A DNA stretch of 64,000 bases, taken from a phage. The translations under genes were made by a program, and so were the position numbers. Below are positions 1 through 9,933 of the stretch, in pieces. The stretch is from sequence record OZ413489.1; one strand, 5' to 3'. How positions within the stretch are numbered: position 1 is the stretch's first letter; the number at the start of each line of letters is the position of its first letter. The notes beneath the pieces were generated by a model. It was not told where the DNA came from, did no database searches, and was given only the letters and a program-made list of their open reading frames with translations.

Positions 1-1
1 C

Positions 2-340
2 ACACTGTGGCGTAAACCTGATTACCGTTTTCATCCTTCTGACTATGGTGGGTATTTACCGGAGGATGATGTAAACCCTTGGTTTCCTGAATTTATAGCT
101 CCACGTGATGCCTATCCAAAAATAACTTGCGGCTGGATAGGTAATGGATTTATAATCCCGCCCACAAAACCTGTCCCGCAAATAGTTGACGCGGTTAGCG
201 GGTATTCCATGCAACACGCCAAGCTGGGTGGAAAGAGTGCAAGAACGAAGATGATTCGAAGCCTCACACCACGTGGCTGGGCAAAAGCCGTATTCTTAGC
301 AAACGAGCCTGTAGTAAGGAGCAGAATTAATGGGAAGTAA
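2..340 (+). CDS. 3' end of upstream gene (partial, start outside window); hypothetical protein
   Basis: Open frame from window edge to TAA at 338-340, overlapping the helicase start; same polarity as the block. Confidence 0.4.
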   Translation, partial: TLWRKPDYRFHPSDYGGYLPEDDVNPWFPEFIAPRDAYPKITCGWIGNGFIIPPTKPVPQIVDAVSGYSMQHAKLGGKSARTKMIRSLTPRGWAKAVFLANEPVVRSRINGK

Positions 341-2408
341 ATTTATGGCATCTGCATACAACCGTTTCGGTGAGCCAAACCCGAAAGCAACTAAGTATAA
401 AAGTGGGGGAAGTGTGAAACGAGACTATCGTGATGAAAAAGAGATTGAAACTGTAGAGACTGTTTTAGAAAATACTAAAATCGTCCCTGTCCCACAACAA
501 AATATCGGTCTGATGGCTGCACAATATTTTGGTGTGCGATCAGCATTGTCCCAAGAAGACGGTGTGACAGTTACTGCAACATATTTCCCATATTACGACC
601 GCTACGGGAATCTGTCCGGTTTCAAAAAGCGTGACTGGACGATTCCTAAAGAGCAAAGGGGCCATTTCTCCGTTGTTGGCATAGTAAAGGCCAACTCCCA
701 GATGTTTGGTCAAAAGCTGTGTGCATCTTCCAACAACCGTAAGCAGATTAACGTTTGTGAGGGGGAAGGTGATGTTATTGCAGCATGGCAGGCTGCATAT
801 CAGATACAAGTAAAAGGGATTCTCACCAACGCTAAAGCCCCGGCAAAGGTGAAGCAGTGGGCTAAAGAAGTCCAGGACGGGATCGATGCAGTTATCAACG
901 GTGGTGATCTGGCAGGAAAACCATGCCTGCCTTTTGTTGGAATTAACTGTGGATGTGCAAACGCAGTAGATACTTTTGCAAACAATGAGAAGTTTATCCG
1001 TAGCTATGGAACAGTTGTGCTGGCAATGGATAACGATGCAGCTAACGAGGTAGAGAAGCAAAAACACGTCATTAAAGGTGTTGAGGCCACGCACAATATC
1101 GCAGCATTTTTGATGGCTGATAACGTTTACCACGTAGAATACCCTGGTGAAGTAAACGACCCTGACGGTGTAAAAGATATCCGAGACATGCTGAAGGCTA
1201 AAAAGCTGGAAGATATTGTCAACATGTTCCGGCATCCTGTTAAATATGTGCCTGATGCGGTGTCGGATTTAGAAGACTTCTCTATCGAGTCTTTGCGGAA
1301 AAAGACTTCCAACGGGGTAGATATCAGCGCAGAGTTCCCAAAACTGCAAAAAATGCTAAAAGGCTTGCACAAAGGGACACTCGTAATGCTTACAGGTCCA
1401 TCAGGTGGCGGTAAAACAACCGTAGCTAAAAAACTGGAACACTGTATTGCAAGATACCTAATGGACCCGACATGCCCGAAGGCTGATGACTATGAAGAGG
1501 ATGATCGTCTATGTATGATCCATCTTGAGGAGGACCCAGAGGAAGCAATTAACTCCTTGTATGCAAACCAGTTAGGGTTTGATGTTAAAGAGTTTGTTGA
1601 AGATCCTAGCCAGTTTTTAACTGATCAAGAACACGCAGAGATTCACCAATCATGGGCAAAAGCTGGAAAAATCAAAGTGTTCAAACATTTCGGGTCTATT
1701 CCGGTGGATGAGTTGATTACCAAGCTTAAGCAAATGGTTTGCCTGTACCATTGCCGTTATATTGTGCTGGATCACCTGTCCATGGTAATTTCAGGGCTTA
1801 ATGTTAAGGATGAGCGAAAAGAACTGGACATGGCTATGACTCAGCTGGCTGCGTTTTGTAAGCAGTTTAACGTGTTTATCTTGGTGATCGCTCACCTCAA
1901 ACGTACAGAGATTGTGCCTCCTAAGGACAAGGATGGTAACCCGTTACCTTTCTGGTATCCTGTGCGAAAAGAGAATTTGCGAGGATCGGCGGGGCTTGAA
2001 CAGTTGAGTTGGGTAGTCATAGGTGTCGAGGCCGAAGAAATGGTGGATCGTTCTCGTGGACGTGTCCGTCTGGTAGGTCTTAAAAACCGTCCAGCAAAAA
2101 CTCTAGGTATTGCTGACACTTTGGTTATGGACCCGCACACAGGTAAGTTCCATGATGCCAGTAATTGGTACTGGGACAAAGAAATGCAGATGTTTACAGA
2201 CGGAGAAGGTGGGGAGGTTGTTTGGAGACCTCAGGCCATGTTTGAGGACCAAGAGCATGCAGTTGTAGAAACACCTATGGGCAAGGTTGTAGCCGATAAG
2301 GTTGTAACTCCTACTATTAAGCCTGTTGACACGCAGGAAGACCTCCAGTACGATGATCCATCCTCTGATCCGGTCCCCGGTTTTGAGGATGATGAAACAC
2401 CTTTTTAA
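330..2408 (+). CDS. T7 gp4-type primase-helicase (TOPRIM + DnaB-like helicase)
   Basis: 692 aa; TOPRIM-like CEGEGDV; Walker A LTGPSGGGKTT; Walker B-like IVLDHLS; RBS AGGAG upstream. Confidence 0.8.
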   Translation: MGSKFMASAYNRFGEPNPKATKYKSGGSVKRDYRDEKEIETVETVLENTKIVPVPQQNIGLMAAQYFGVRSALSQEDGVTVTATYFPYYDRYGNLSGFKKRDWTIPKEQRGHFSVVGIVKANSQMFGQKLCASSNNRKQINVCEGEGDVIAAWQAAYQIQVKGILTNAKAPAKVKQWAKEVQDGIDAVINGGDLAGKPCLPFVGINCGCANAVDTFANNEKFIRSYGTVVLAMDNDAANEVEKQKHVIKGVEATHNIAAFLMADNVYHVEYPGEVNDPDGVKDIRDMLKAKKLEDIVNMFRHPVKYVPDAVSDLEDFSIESLRKKTSNGVDISAEFPKLQKMLKGLHKGTLVMLTGPSGGGKTTVAKKLEHCIARYLMDPTCPKADDYEEDDRLCMIHLEEDPEEAINSLYANQLGFDVKEFVEDPSQFLTDQEHAEIHQSWAKAGKIKVFKHFGSIPVDELITKLKQMVCLYHCRYIVLDHLSMVISGLNVKDERKELDMAMTQLAAFCKQFNVFILVIAHLKRTEIVPPKDKDGNPLPFWYPVRKENLRGSAGLEQLSWVVIGVEAEEMVDRSRGRVRLVGLKNRPAKTLGIADTLVMDPHTGKFHDASNWYWDKEMQMFTDGEGGEVVWRPQAMFEDQEHAVVETPMGKVVADKVVTPTIKPVDTQEDLQYDDPSSDPVPGFEDDETPF

Positions 2409-2466
2409 TGTTTAACAAAGAGTGGGAGGGGTAGTACAACCGCCTCCCCTTTAAGGAGAACTGTAT

Positions 2467-4896
2467 ATGAGCATGTGGTCGTTCGACTTTGAGTCATCCG
2501 GTTTGCTGGAAGACCCAGATCTTTATTATCACTGCGGCCTGTTTAAAGAGCTGAATAAGAACCGTTTTATGCTGTTCCTTCCTCTAAATGACCGCACACA
2601 CTACTCCGAGGAGGATATAGAAAAGGCTAAGAACTTCATTCTGGCAAAGAAAACTCTTTATAAAGATTTTGAAGTTCGCATAGCAGATTTTTCAGAGTTG
2701 GAAGGTTGGCTTACAGGAAATTCTGACTGGTCACCAACAGCTTTGAACTGCCATAACTGCTACAGTTATGACTTTATGCTGATGGAAAGATTATCTGGTA
2801 TTCATTTTGATATGTTCCGTGATCCTAAATGTATGGGGACTATCAACGATCACCAGGTTAACCTGTTTGATACGTTGGCGATGAGCCGAATCTTGTGGCC
2901 TGATCGCCCTTTACCAAAAGGTTGTCCGGACTCTGTATTCAACCCGGTTACTAAGAAAATGCAGCCTGTTGGTCCTCACGGCCTTATGGCATGGGGCTAC
3001 GCCCTTGGTAACCAGAAAGTTCAAATTGATGACTGGCGCGATCTTCCGTTGTGGAAGTATGTGGATCGTGTATTCGAGGACGTTATCATCCAGGAGCTGC
3101 TCTGGAAAGAGCTGGTAGCGGAATCAAAAGGTGTATTCTACGGCAAATCTGACATGCAGAACTTTATGTACGATCCGGCCAAAGAGAAGCCGAAAGGGTT
3201 CAAGAAGATCACCTGGAAGAACGCATTACGTCGAGGCATGCTGCAGCACTTCCTGATGGAGCTGCAGGCCCGTCAGGGTGTATACTTCGACATAGATGGA
3301 GCTATTGCTTTACGTGACCGTTGCGATGCGTGGATGAAAGAAATCGCTGATCGTGTTGAACCACAACTACCTTTAAAAGAGCTGTCAATGTCTCAGCGGC
3401 CCAAGTTCCCTGAAAAGCCGTTTAACCAAGACGGGACAATCTCTAATAATGGTTGGAAATGGTTAAAAGATAAGCTTGGCTATCCTGTAGACATGAGTGC
3501 TTTAGAGTTCAAAGCCCTGCCTAAGCGAGCATTTACCTCTACAGGAGATGTCAGCAAGATGGGGATAAAATGGTGTGAAGAGATGGGCTGCAAAGACCCC
3601 GATAAGATGGCTGATTTCTTGAGAGGCTATATTAAGGGCACCTCCACACCACAACCCTTACCTAAAGAGCTGATGGATCAGGCAATAAGTGATCTGCAGC
3701 AGAAGCGAATGCCTGACTGCAAGATACCTATGAAAATCAGCAATCAGGACGACATCAAGCGATACCTAATCAGTGCTGGTTGGCTCCCAACAATGTGGAG
3801 AACTAAAGATGTAACTAAAGACAGCAAGAAGAAAGCTTTACCTGATGCAGATGTTGATGCACGAGTATATGCATATATGGACGAGCTTTTGGAGTCAGAG
3901 TATTGTGACCTAATTATCAACTTCTGGAACAAAACTGATGCTAAGTTCCAGACAACCGTGCACAAGTTCCGAAGCTTTCCTAACTCCGAAAGGATTAAAA
4001 AGGAAGTATTCGGGAAAATACGTAGAAAAGCCAGGGCACTTATTACTTCTCCGCAACTGAAAGATACGTTTGGACACCTATGCCCAAATCTTGAAAAATT
4101 GAACGGAGAGATGGCTAAAGATATCGTCTTGTGGTTATCATTGCGAAACCGCAGATCGGTCCTTGATCCAATCAAGGAGGATAAGGTTGATACTGGTCTT
4201 CTTAATCACCCACGTTTGAAGATTGACCATAAGCTTCCTGCTAAAAGCTCTGGATTAACAAACACTTCCAGACAGAAACACAGTATTTGTGCAAACATGC
4301 CTAAACCATCTCCTAAAGTAGTTATGGGTAAAGAGATGCGTAGTCTGTGGGGTGTTCCTCCAGGATACTTTGAGATCGGTATTGACGGGTCCAACTTAGA
4401 GCAGCTCATCGGGGCTTGGGGTGCCTTTGAGTTCGACAACGGCTTGTATTATGATGTTGTAAGTAACGGAGACGCACACCAAAACAATGCTGAGGCATAT
4501 ACAAAAGTGGCAGGCAGAGAGGTGTCCCGTAACGACGGTAAACCTATCACGTATGGGGTTATGTACGGGGCACAAAAAGATAAAGTTGCAGATATGCTGG
4601 ACATCTCCCCAGAGTTGGGACAAAGGGTAATCGATGCACTCTGGGATGCCAACCCAGGTCTTAAGGGGCGCAAAGAGGATCTGGAGAAATTCTGGGAAGC
4701 AACAGGTAAGAAGTTTATCTACTCTTTTGATGGTCATGCTATCTGGACCCGATCTAAACACTCTTTACTTAATGCATACCAACAAAATGGCGGTGCATCG
4801 TTGTGTGACTTAGTTGGAATACTCATGCACCACCAGATGGTGAAGCGTGGGTGGTACGATGAAGGTGTTCGTCGTATTATTTATTACCATAAATAA
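2467..4896 (+). CDS. DNA polymerase, family A (T7 / Pol I type)
   Basis: 809 aa; N-terminal exo motif FDFESSG; motif A-like IGIDGSNLEQL; motif B-like KPITYGVMYGAQ. Confidence 0.85.
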   Translation: MSMWSFDFESSGLLEDPDLYYHCGLFKELNKNRFMLFLPLNDRTHYSEEDIEKAKNFILAKKTLYKDFEVRIADFSELEGWLTGNSDWSPTALNCHNCYSYDFMLMERLSGIHFDMFRDPKCMGTINDHQVNLFDTLAMSRILWPDRPLPKGCPDSVFNPVTKKMQPVGPHGLMAWGYALGNQKVQIDDWRDLPLWKYVDRVFEDVIIQELLWKELVAESKGVFYGKSDMQNFMYDPAKEKPKGFKKITWKNALRRGMLQHFLMELQARQGVYFDIDGAIALRDRCDAWMKEIADRVEPQLPLKELSMSQRPKFPEKPFNQDGTISNNGWKWLKDKLGYPVDMSALEFKALPKRAFTSTGDVSKMGIKWCEEMGCKDPDKMADFLRGYIKGTSTPQPLPKELMDQAISDLQQKRMPDCKIPMKISNQDDIKRYLISAGWLPTMWRTKDVTKDSKKKALPDADVDARVYAYMDELLESEYCDLIINFWNKTDAKFQTTVHKFRSFPNSERIKKEVFGKIRRKARALITSPQLKDTFGHLCPNLEKLNGEMAKDIVLWLSLRNRRSVLDPIKEDKVDTGLLNHPRLKIDHKLPAKSSGLTNTSRQKHSICANMPKPSPKVVMGKEMRSLWGVPPGYFEIGIDGSNLEQLIGAWGAFEFDNGLYYDVVSNGDAHQNNAEAYTKVAGREVSRNDGKPITYGVMYGAQKDKVADMLDISPELGQRVIDALWDANPGLKGRKEDLEKFWEATGKKFIYSFDGHAIWTRSKHSLLNAYQQNGGASLCDLVGILMHHQMVKRGWYDEGVRRIIYYHK

Positions 4897-4920
4897 CATT
4901 GTGGCTTCATAGAGTAATCT

Positions 4921-5079
4921 ATGTCGAATAACCTCTTTAACTGCGGGAAGCCTAAACCTTATGGCAAGGTAATCCGCAACGAAGCGCTCAAAAGAGCGAA
5001 CGCTCAGAGGCCATTCCGAAAGGAAGTAGACCAGCAAGTGCGGTCGAAATGGGAGGATTCCTGTGGTTGCTTATCATAG
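4921..5079 (+). CDS. small hypothetical protein (52 aa)
   Basis: ATG ORF below the track size cutoff in the gap after the polymerase gene; weak RBS. Confidence 0.3.
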   Translation: MSNNLFNCGKPKPYGKVIRNEALKRANAQRPFRKEVDQQVRSKWEDSCGCLS

Positions 5080-5163
5080 GAATATGAGATGGTCCGATCC
5101 TACGTGAAAACGTATGGCTATGCACGTAATGGTGCGGGGTAGCTTAACGACCTACCTGAACTA

Positions 5164-5520
5164 TTGGATGAGTACCAACTTCAAGTGCCTGACACACCGA
5201 AGTATAAGACTGTGTACACCTTCGACACAATTGAAGAACTGGAAGCATTTAAGGCAGAGCAGGAAGCCAAACTTCATGTGTTCGACGGTCATAAGTACAA
5301 AAAGGCACGCAAGGATGAGGACGGAAACGAAGTGGTTGACAGAGACGGAAACACGGTGTACGATCCTATCCTGAACGATGACGGAAAGCTTGAACTTATC
5401 TGGAGCCCTGTGGGTGAAATGGTGGTACATTGCTTCTGGCAAGCTTCTAAAATGATGGGAGTCCCGTTCCAGATCACAGGTGAATACTTGTGTGGTCGTA
5501 ATTGGGGTGATTGTCACTAA
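5164..5520 (+). CDS. hypothetical protein
   Basis: 118 aa ORF; track start is TTG, true start uncertain. Confidence 0.45.
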   Translation: MDEYQLQVPDTPKYKTVYTFDTIEELEAFKAEQEAKLHVFDGHKYKKARKDEDGNEVVDRDGNTVYDPILNDDGKLELIWSPVGEMVVHCFWQASKMMGVPFQITGEYLCGRNWGDCH

Positions 5521-5569
5521 TGTAAACTATCAACACATGGAAGTGTTGTTGAGCAAAGAGGAGACTTTT

Positions 5570-5854
5570 ATGGTAGTAGAACCAACAAAAACATTTACAT
5601 CCATGACTATCCCTGTTATTATGCAGGTGGAGTGTGTTCAGGTATCTCAAGTGTGGCCTGGCACCAAAATCCCAACAGGGCCTGATTTCTTTCAGGTTGG
5701 GAAAGTGTACAATGTCTGGAAGGCACCAGATTGTTACCCTTTCATTAAAGATGACCGTGGGATGCTGTGGTACCTTGGAAATGACTTGACACTGCACCTT
5801 GGGAATACTATTATTGCAGTATTCAGACTTAACAAGAAGGAGACCGATCAATGA
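5570..5854 (+). CDS. hypothetical protein
   Basis: Track ORF 5480-5854 trimmed to internal ATG preceded by AGGAG. Confidence 0.45.
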   Translation: MVVEPTKTFTSMTIPVIMQVECVQVSQVWPGTKIPTGPDFFQVGKVYNVWKAPDCYPFIKDDRGMLWYLGNDLTLHLGNTIIAVFRLNKKETDQ

Positions 5855-6078
5855 CGACTTTGGTTAAAGCTACCTTTGTAGAAGAAAAGATGACAGACCT
5901 GTCATTCTTTAAAGAAGGAAAGACCTACGAGGTTTATTACGATAAAGCTCGTGCAAACAAAATGATTAAAGACGAGGAAGGGGTTGCCTGGTATATCTCT
6001 CACCTGGCAAACGGTGAGTATCATATCTACGGAACCACTTTGCTTGCCAAGTTTGTAGTTGTTGAAGAGGACCTATGA
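5851..6078 (+). CDS. hypothetical protein
   Basis: 75 aa ORF, start overlaps upstream stop (ATGA). Confidence 0.5.
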   Translation: MTTLVKATFVEEKMTDLSFFKEGKTYEVYYDKARANKMIKDEEGVAWYISHLANGEYHIYGTTLLAKFVVVEEDL

Positions 6079-6269
6079 AAGTAAAGTATCTTGCTGAAGG
6101 TATGAATAGGTATTTTACCCTTGGTGAAGAATATTGGCCCTTTACAAACAACGGCGATGTCTACGTGAAAGATAATTTCGGCACGCCGTGGTTTCTGCAC
6201 TCTAATGGGCTGGGATACTCCATTTACTGCGGTGCAGTGAACAACACAACTCTTGCAGAGTTCGTTTAG
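6075..6269 (+). CDS. hypothetical protein
   Basis: 64 aa ORF, overlapping start/stop with neighbour. Confidence 0.5.
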   Translation: MKVKYLAEGMNRYFTLGEEYWPFTNNGDVYVKDNFGTPWFLHSNGLGYSIYCGAVNNTTLAEFV

Positions 6270-6279
6270 AGGAGGTAGG

Positions 6280-6651
6280 ATGTTAGTAAAAGGTACCCAC
6301 ACAGTCAAACAACGTATTGAAGTTGAGATTGATGATTGTGAGCTGAAGCATATTTTACGGTCATGCTCCAACGTTTTGCTCCTTAGTATTCTTCAGGAGC
6401 GAGCGGAGAACGAGTTCTTAAATGCATTGGCAGGCCGTCCCGGTGACTTCTGTGTGCGTAAGCGTGGTGACAACAAGTCGTGGTTGTGGGAGATCGATGC
6501 CGACTGGGATTACCACAAAAATGAGGGTATAGATGAGCCTATTCGTGAACTGACGGACAAAGAGATTCAGATGTACAATGAAGTTTGTCATTGGGCAACA
6601 CGCCAACAAATTTACCTAGACCCTGTGTGGCTGATTGAAAATAGTCGTTGA
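6280..6651 (+). CDS. hypothetical protein
   Basis: Track ORF 6253-6651 trimmed to ATG after GAGGAGG RBS. Confidence 0.5.
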   Translation: MLVKGTHTVKQRIEVEIDDCELKHILRSCSNVLLLSILQERAENEFLNALAGRPGDFCVRKRGDNKSWLWEIDADWDYHKNEGIDEPIRELTDKEIQMYNEVCHWATRQQIYLDPVWLIENSR

Positions 6652-6676
6652 CAAGAAGTAAGGCTAGATGTAAGAT
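6648..6676 (+). promoter_or_regulatory. sigma70-type promoter (TTGACA-17-TAAGAT)
   Basis: Near-consensus -35/-10 hexamers upstream of the 6728 gene; preceded by AATAGTCG also seen at 15229. Confidence 0.55.
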
Positions 6677-6727
6677 ACTCCCCACAAACAGAGTATTGAT
6701 TGTTAAATAATTAAGGAGACCTCTAAG

Positions 6728-6982
6728 ATGAAAATCATGTTGAAACCAGAATGCGTTGCAAACGACCGAGCTTTTAAAGATTGCACACTTGGCGCTACTT
6801 ATGAAGCAGAGTTTTGTGAGAACCCTTTGGTAAAAGCCCTTTTGGAAGAAGGGGCCCCTCTATCACAAGAAGAGCTTGATGAGCTGGAAAACTCAGCACA
6901 GTGCCTTACCTTTAAAGATGATGAAGGAGACTCTGTCTGGTGCACTGTTAATGAAGTAGTTTTTGTAAAACCTGAACATTAA
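6728..6982 (+). CDS. hypothetical protein
   Basis: 84 aa ORF with AAGGAGA RBS. Confidence 0.55.
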   Translation: MKIMLKPECVANDRAFKDCTLGATYEAEFCENPLVKALLEEGAPLSQEELDELENSAQCLTFKDDEGDSVWCTVNEVVFVKPEH

Positions 6983-6985
6983 TAC

Positions 6986-7014
6986 TTGACAACAGTGATG
7001 GGGCCTAATATAAT
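6986..7014 (+). promoter_or_regulatory. sigma70-type promoter (TTGACA-17-TATAAT)
   Basis: Perfect consensus hexamers with 17 bp spacer. Confidence 0.6.
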
Positions 7015-7045
7015 GGCCCTATCAAAACGAAAGGGGACCACAGCA

Positions 7046-7306
7046 ATGACCAAACAATATCAACGAATTAAAGCCAAGGTTAAGCCAGACTATCTGGAGA
7101 AAGACTCTGCTTTTCGGGACTGCACAGCCGACAAAGTTTACACAGGGGCTGTCCTGTTGAACGATAAACTTGAAGTAGATGTGCTGGGTAAAGAGGCCGT
7201 TATCGAGGATGACAACGGTGACTGGGTTTTCTGCACCACACGAGAGCTAGAAGTCTTAGAATATTTCGGTGAAATCTTCAACTCCTTAGACGACGAGGAA
7301 GCGTGA
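7046..7306 (+). CDS. hypothetical protein
   Basis: Track ORF 6986-7306 trimmed to first ATG downstream of the promoter; RBS AAAGGGGA. Confidence 0.5.
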   Translation: MTKQYQRIKAKVKPDYLEKDSAFRDCTADKVYTGAVLLNDKLEVDVLGKEAVIEDDNGDWVFCTTRELEVLEYFGEIFNSLDDEEA

Positions 7307-7695
7307 TGAAAAATATTTGGGATATCGATATCTTTGAAGCCTCTAAGCTTGACGGTGCTGATGGAGTGATTATGGTGTCTGATGGCAAGGCAACACTAAC
7401 TTCCGGAGATATCATCTATGCCTTGGACGAGCTGGCGCTTCTGAAATCTACCGGTAACACTTTGGAGGAGCGTCTTCAAGGATTCGCTTTCAAAGAAGGT
7501 ACAAATACAGCCATGATGTGCACCACACGGACAGTTCAGGTTGGTAACGGTGTCTATATGATTATTGCTGTGTGTCCTAAATTCAGCAACGTCAACAAAG
7601 ATGATGCTGACGCGGTCAACGATGTGGTTGTTCTCTTCGTGGGTGACGCTATGGCAGATCTGATGAATGCAGGAGAAGCAGCAAATGAAGACTGA
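7303..7695 (+). CDS. hypothetical protein
   Basis: 130 aa ORF, ATGA overlap with upstream gene. Confidence 0.5.
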   Translation: MMKNIWDIDIFEASKLDGADGVIMVSDGKATLTSGDIIYALDELALLKSTGNTLEERLQGFAFKEGTNTAMMCTTRTVQVGNGVYMIIAVCPKFSNVNKDDADAVNDVVVLFVGDAMADLMNAGEAANED

Positions 7696-7987
7696 AAACA
7701 TCACCCCAGCAGGGTTCTTAAAAGTATACCGTGAACTGCTATATACTACAGAGGACAGTGTTCTAGAGTATCCAGAATATCTTTTGCTGTATAAGTATCT
7801 GCAGGAGGCTGGTGAAAATCTGCCAGTTAGTGCAGAAGGTGGTCCAAACTGGATATACAGCGCATGGAGAAAGGTTGACATTCTCCCAGACCCAGGTAAA
7901 GATATGGTAGTTTGGCAGCTTATCAACAACATCGGGATTCCAATCTTTGATGAAGCTGTTAAAATCTATTTTGAACTTGACGATTAA
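7685..7987 (+). CDS. hypothetical protein
   Basis: Track ORF 7667-7987; second ATG preferred because of AGGAGAAG RBS. Confidence 0.45.
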   Translation: MKTENITPAGFLKVYRELLYTTEDSVLEYPEYLLLYKYLQEAGENLPVSAEGGPNWIYSAWRKVDILPDPGKDMVVWQLINNIGIPIFDEAVKIYFELDD

Positions 7988-8004
7988 TATCAGGAGACCT
8001 TAAG

Positions 8005-8250
8005 ATGACTGAAGCAGTTGCTCGCGCAGGACAGAAAGTACGTTGTGTTGAAGTAGGTTTTGGTGGCAAAGGGTGTCAAAACTTGACTCAAGGTAAGGAA
8101 TACGCTGTTATCTCTGGGGGTGGAGACGAAAGTATTGTGTTCGAGGGCCACATCCTGGATGCTGAAAACTTTGAAATCTTTGACGACGATGGGGACCCGA
8201 TCACCTGCCTGCTGGACGGGAATTGGGGAACTTTCGAAGTGATTGGCTAA
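8005..8250 (+). CDS. hypothetical protein
   Basis: 81 aa ORF with CAGGAGACC RBS. Confidence 0.55.
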   Translation: MTEAVARAGQKVRCVEVGFGGKGCQNLTQGKEYAVISGGGDESIVFEGHILDAENFEIFDDDGDPITCLLDGNWGTFEVIG

Positions 8251-8333
8251 CAAATACCTATTGTAATTTACAGAAGGGGATGCTAAAATAGTGTCTCCTT
8301 CTATGTTGTTCAAATAAAATCGGAGATTCCATA

Positions 8334-8699
8334 ATGGAACAAATGAACGATCAAGCGTCGGTTGCGATGAACGAGCAAGAACAACCTCAAGAATTTTTCT
8401 TAGGGTTAAGTAAAGATCAAGTGTCTCTTCTGCTAGTGCTTTCTTCTTTCATGGGAAGACTTCAGGAGCTTACACAACAGCCAGAGGCTGAACAATTATT
8501 CCAGGCTCTGCGTGAAGAAGAAAAATATCGTCGTTTGGACTATGCCTTAGGTTGGGTAGCTCAACAACGAGATATGCTGATGGCCCTCTCTGGGACCACA
8601 AGTTTTGCAATGGGCCTGTTGGCTCAAGTTCAGGACAAATTAATTCAAGCAGGGTTTGCACACACGGCAAACACTAACGAAGAACAAGGAGATAAATAA
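8334..8699 (+). CDS. hypothetical protein
   Basis: 121 aa ORF. Confidence 0.5.
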   Translation: MEQMNDQASVAMNEQEQPQEFFLGLSKDQVSLLLVLSSFMGRLQELTQQPEAEQLFQALREEEKYRRLDYALGWVAQQRDMLMALSGTTSFAMGLLAQVQDKLIQAGFAHTANTNEEQGDK

Positions 8700-9925
8700 T
8701 GAGCGTTATTCAACAATTCGCTAACCCGATGAATCCGCGTGAAACTGTTTTACTAGCTCACGGCATGATTAAACGTGTCAGCATCAAGCCTATCAAAGGT
8801 GCTGATCCTACAACAGGTATTAAAACCACTGTGTGGCAAGGTAAGAAAATTGAATCCAGCCACACCATCTCTTTACTGATTTCTGAACTGGATTCCTCTG
8901 ATAACCTACTTCAAGGTGGTGAAGAAGTTTGGATCAGTATGGGCGATAAGCTGCTTAAACCAGGTCATCAAGACTCTGTCTCTGTTAAAATTGATGACAA
9001 GTGGGAAACCGTAACGCCAGGATGGATCGTAAATATCCCTTTGAAGGCAAACGAGCATAACGGTAAGACCTACTACAAAGGCTCACTGGCTAAGATGGTT
9101 AAGCTGGGTGCAGGAGAGGCTCCAGCAGCGACTCAGCAGCAAAAACAGCAACAAGGTGCACAATCACAAGGCCAGAAGCAGAAACCTCAGCAGAATGCCA
9201 ATCAGGACGTTTTACGCATCTATGGTGATGTGACTCAGATTGTTGGCAACGTGGTTACTGTTAATGACCACAAGATTGGCGAAGGTGCTATGGTTGTCAC
9301 TGATGAGCAGCTTAAAGACCTGGTGGTAGGTGGTCGTGTTGCAGCCATTGTTGACAAAGACACCGGAAACATTATCAGTGGCTTCAAGGCCTATCCTCCT
9401 AAGGCAGAGAACGGCACTCAAGGCTCTGGTGGCAAGCGTAAATCCTCTTACGACCCTATCGGTGTGGAGACGGGACATAGCATCAATGCGTTGCAGATCA
9501 TCCTGGATCGCGGGTTTAAGGTGGACGACCCACTAGGCGTGGCTAAAACACTGCACGTAGTCACCATTGAGCTTAAGAAAGAGTATGCTCAAGCCACCAA
9601 CCGAACTGAAGATGAAGTAGGTGCCAGTGTCGGCAATGCGGTGTTGAACGCTTGTCGCCGTATTGACAAGAAAACGAAAGTTGATGATTTTGCAGCGGCA
9701 ATTACTGCAGAAGCAAAAGATGTCTTGACTAATCTGGCTGAGCCGTTGTACGATTGGATCAAGAACGGTGCTGGGTCCACTGACCATCAAGAACCTCAAG
9801 CTGCCAAACAGGAAGCAGCTCCACAGCAAAACACTGTAGACGCTCCTCCTGTAAATGACGAGGAAGATGACCCGATGGATCAGAATCCAGCACAGTATGA
9901 GTTCGATGACTCGATCCCTTTCTGA
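8699..9925 (+). CDS. putative ssDNA-binding protein with SSB-like C-terminal acidic tip
   Basis: 408 aa; Gln-rich linker; C-terminus ...EFDDSIPF resembles the bacterial SSB tip DDDIPF. Confidence 0.45.
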   Translation: MSVIQQFANPMNPRETVLLAHGMIKRVSIKPIKGADPTTGIKTTVWQGKKIESSHTISLLISELDSSDNLLQGGEEVWISMGDKLLKPGHQDSVSVKIDDKWETVTPGWIVNIPLKANEHNGKTYYKGSLAKMVKLGAGEAPAATQQQKQQQGAQSQGQKQKPQQNANQDVLRIYGDVTQIVGNVVTVNDHKIGEGAMVVTDEQLKDLVVGGRVAAIVDKDTGNIISGFKAYPPKAENGTQGSGGKRKSSYDPIGVETGHSINALQIILDRGFKVDDPLGVAKTLHVVTIELKKEYAQATNRTEDEVGASVGNAVLNACRRIDKKTKVDDFAAAITAEAKDVLTNLAEPLYDWIKNGAGSTDHQEPQAAKQEAAPQQNTVDAPPVNDEEDDPMDQNPAQYEFDDSIPF

Positions 9926-9933
9926 GGTCAGTT

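Noticed and set aside
540-4761. Antisense ORFs inside the helicase and polymerase genes (e.g. 540-1235, 3744-4175, 4396-4761)
   Set aside because: Fully contained within strongly supported genes on the opposite strand; the same applies to the plus-strand ORFs embedded in the leftward block (e.g. 38175-38465, 41531-41965, 58793-59347).
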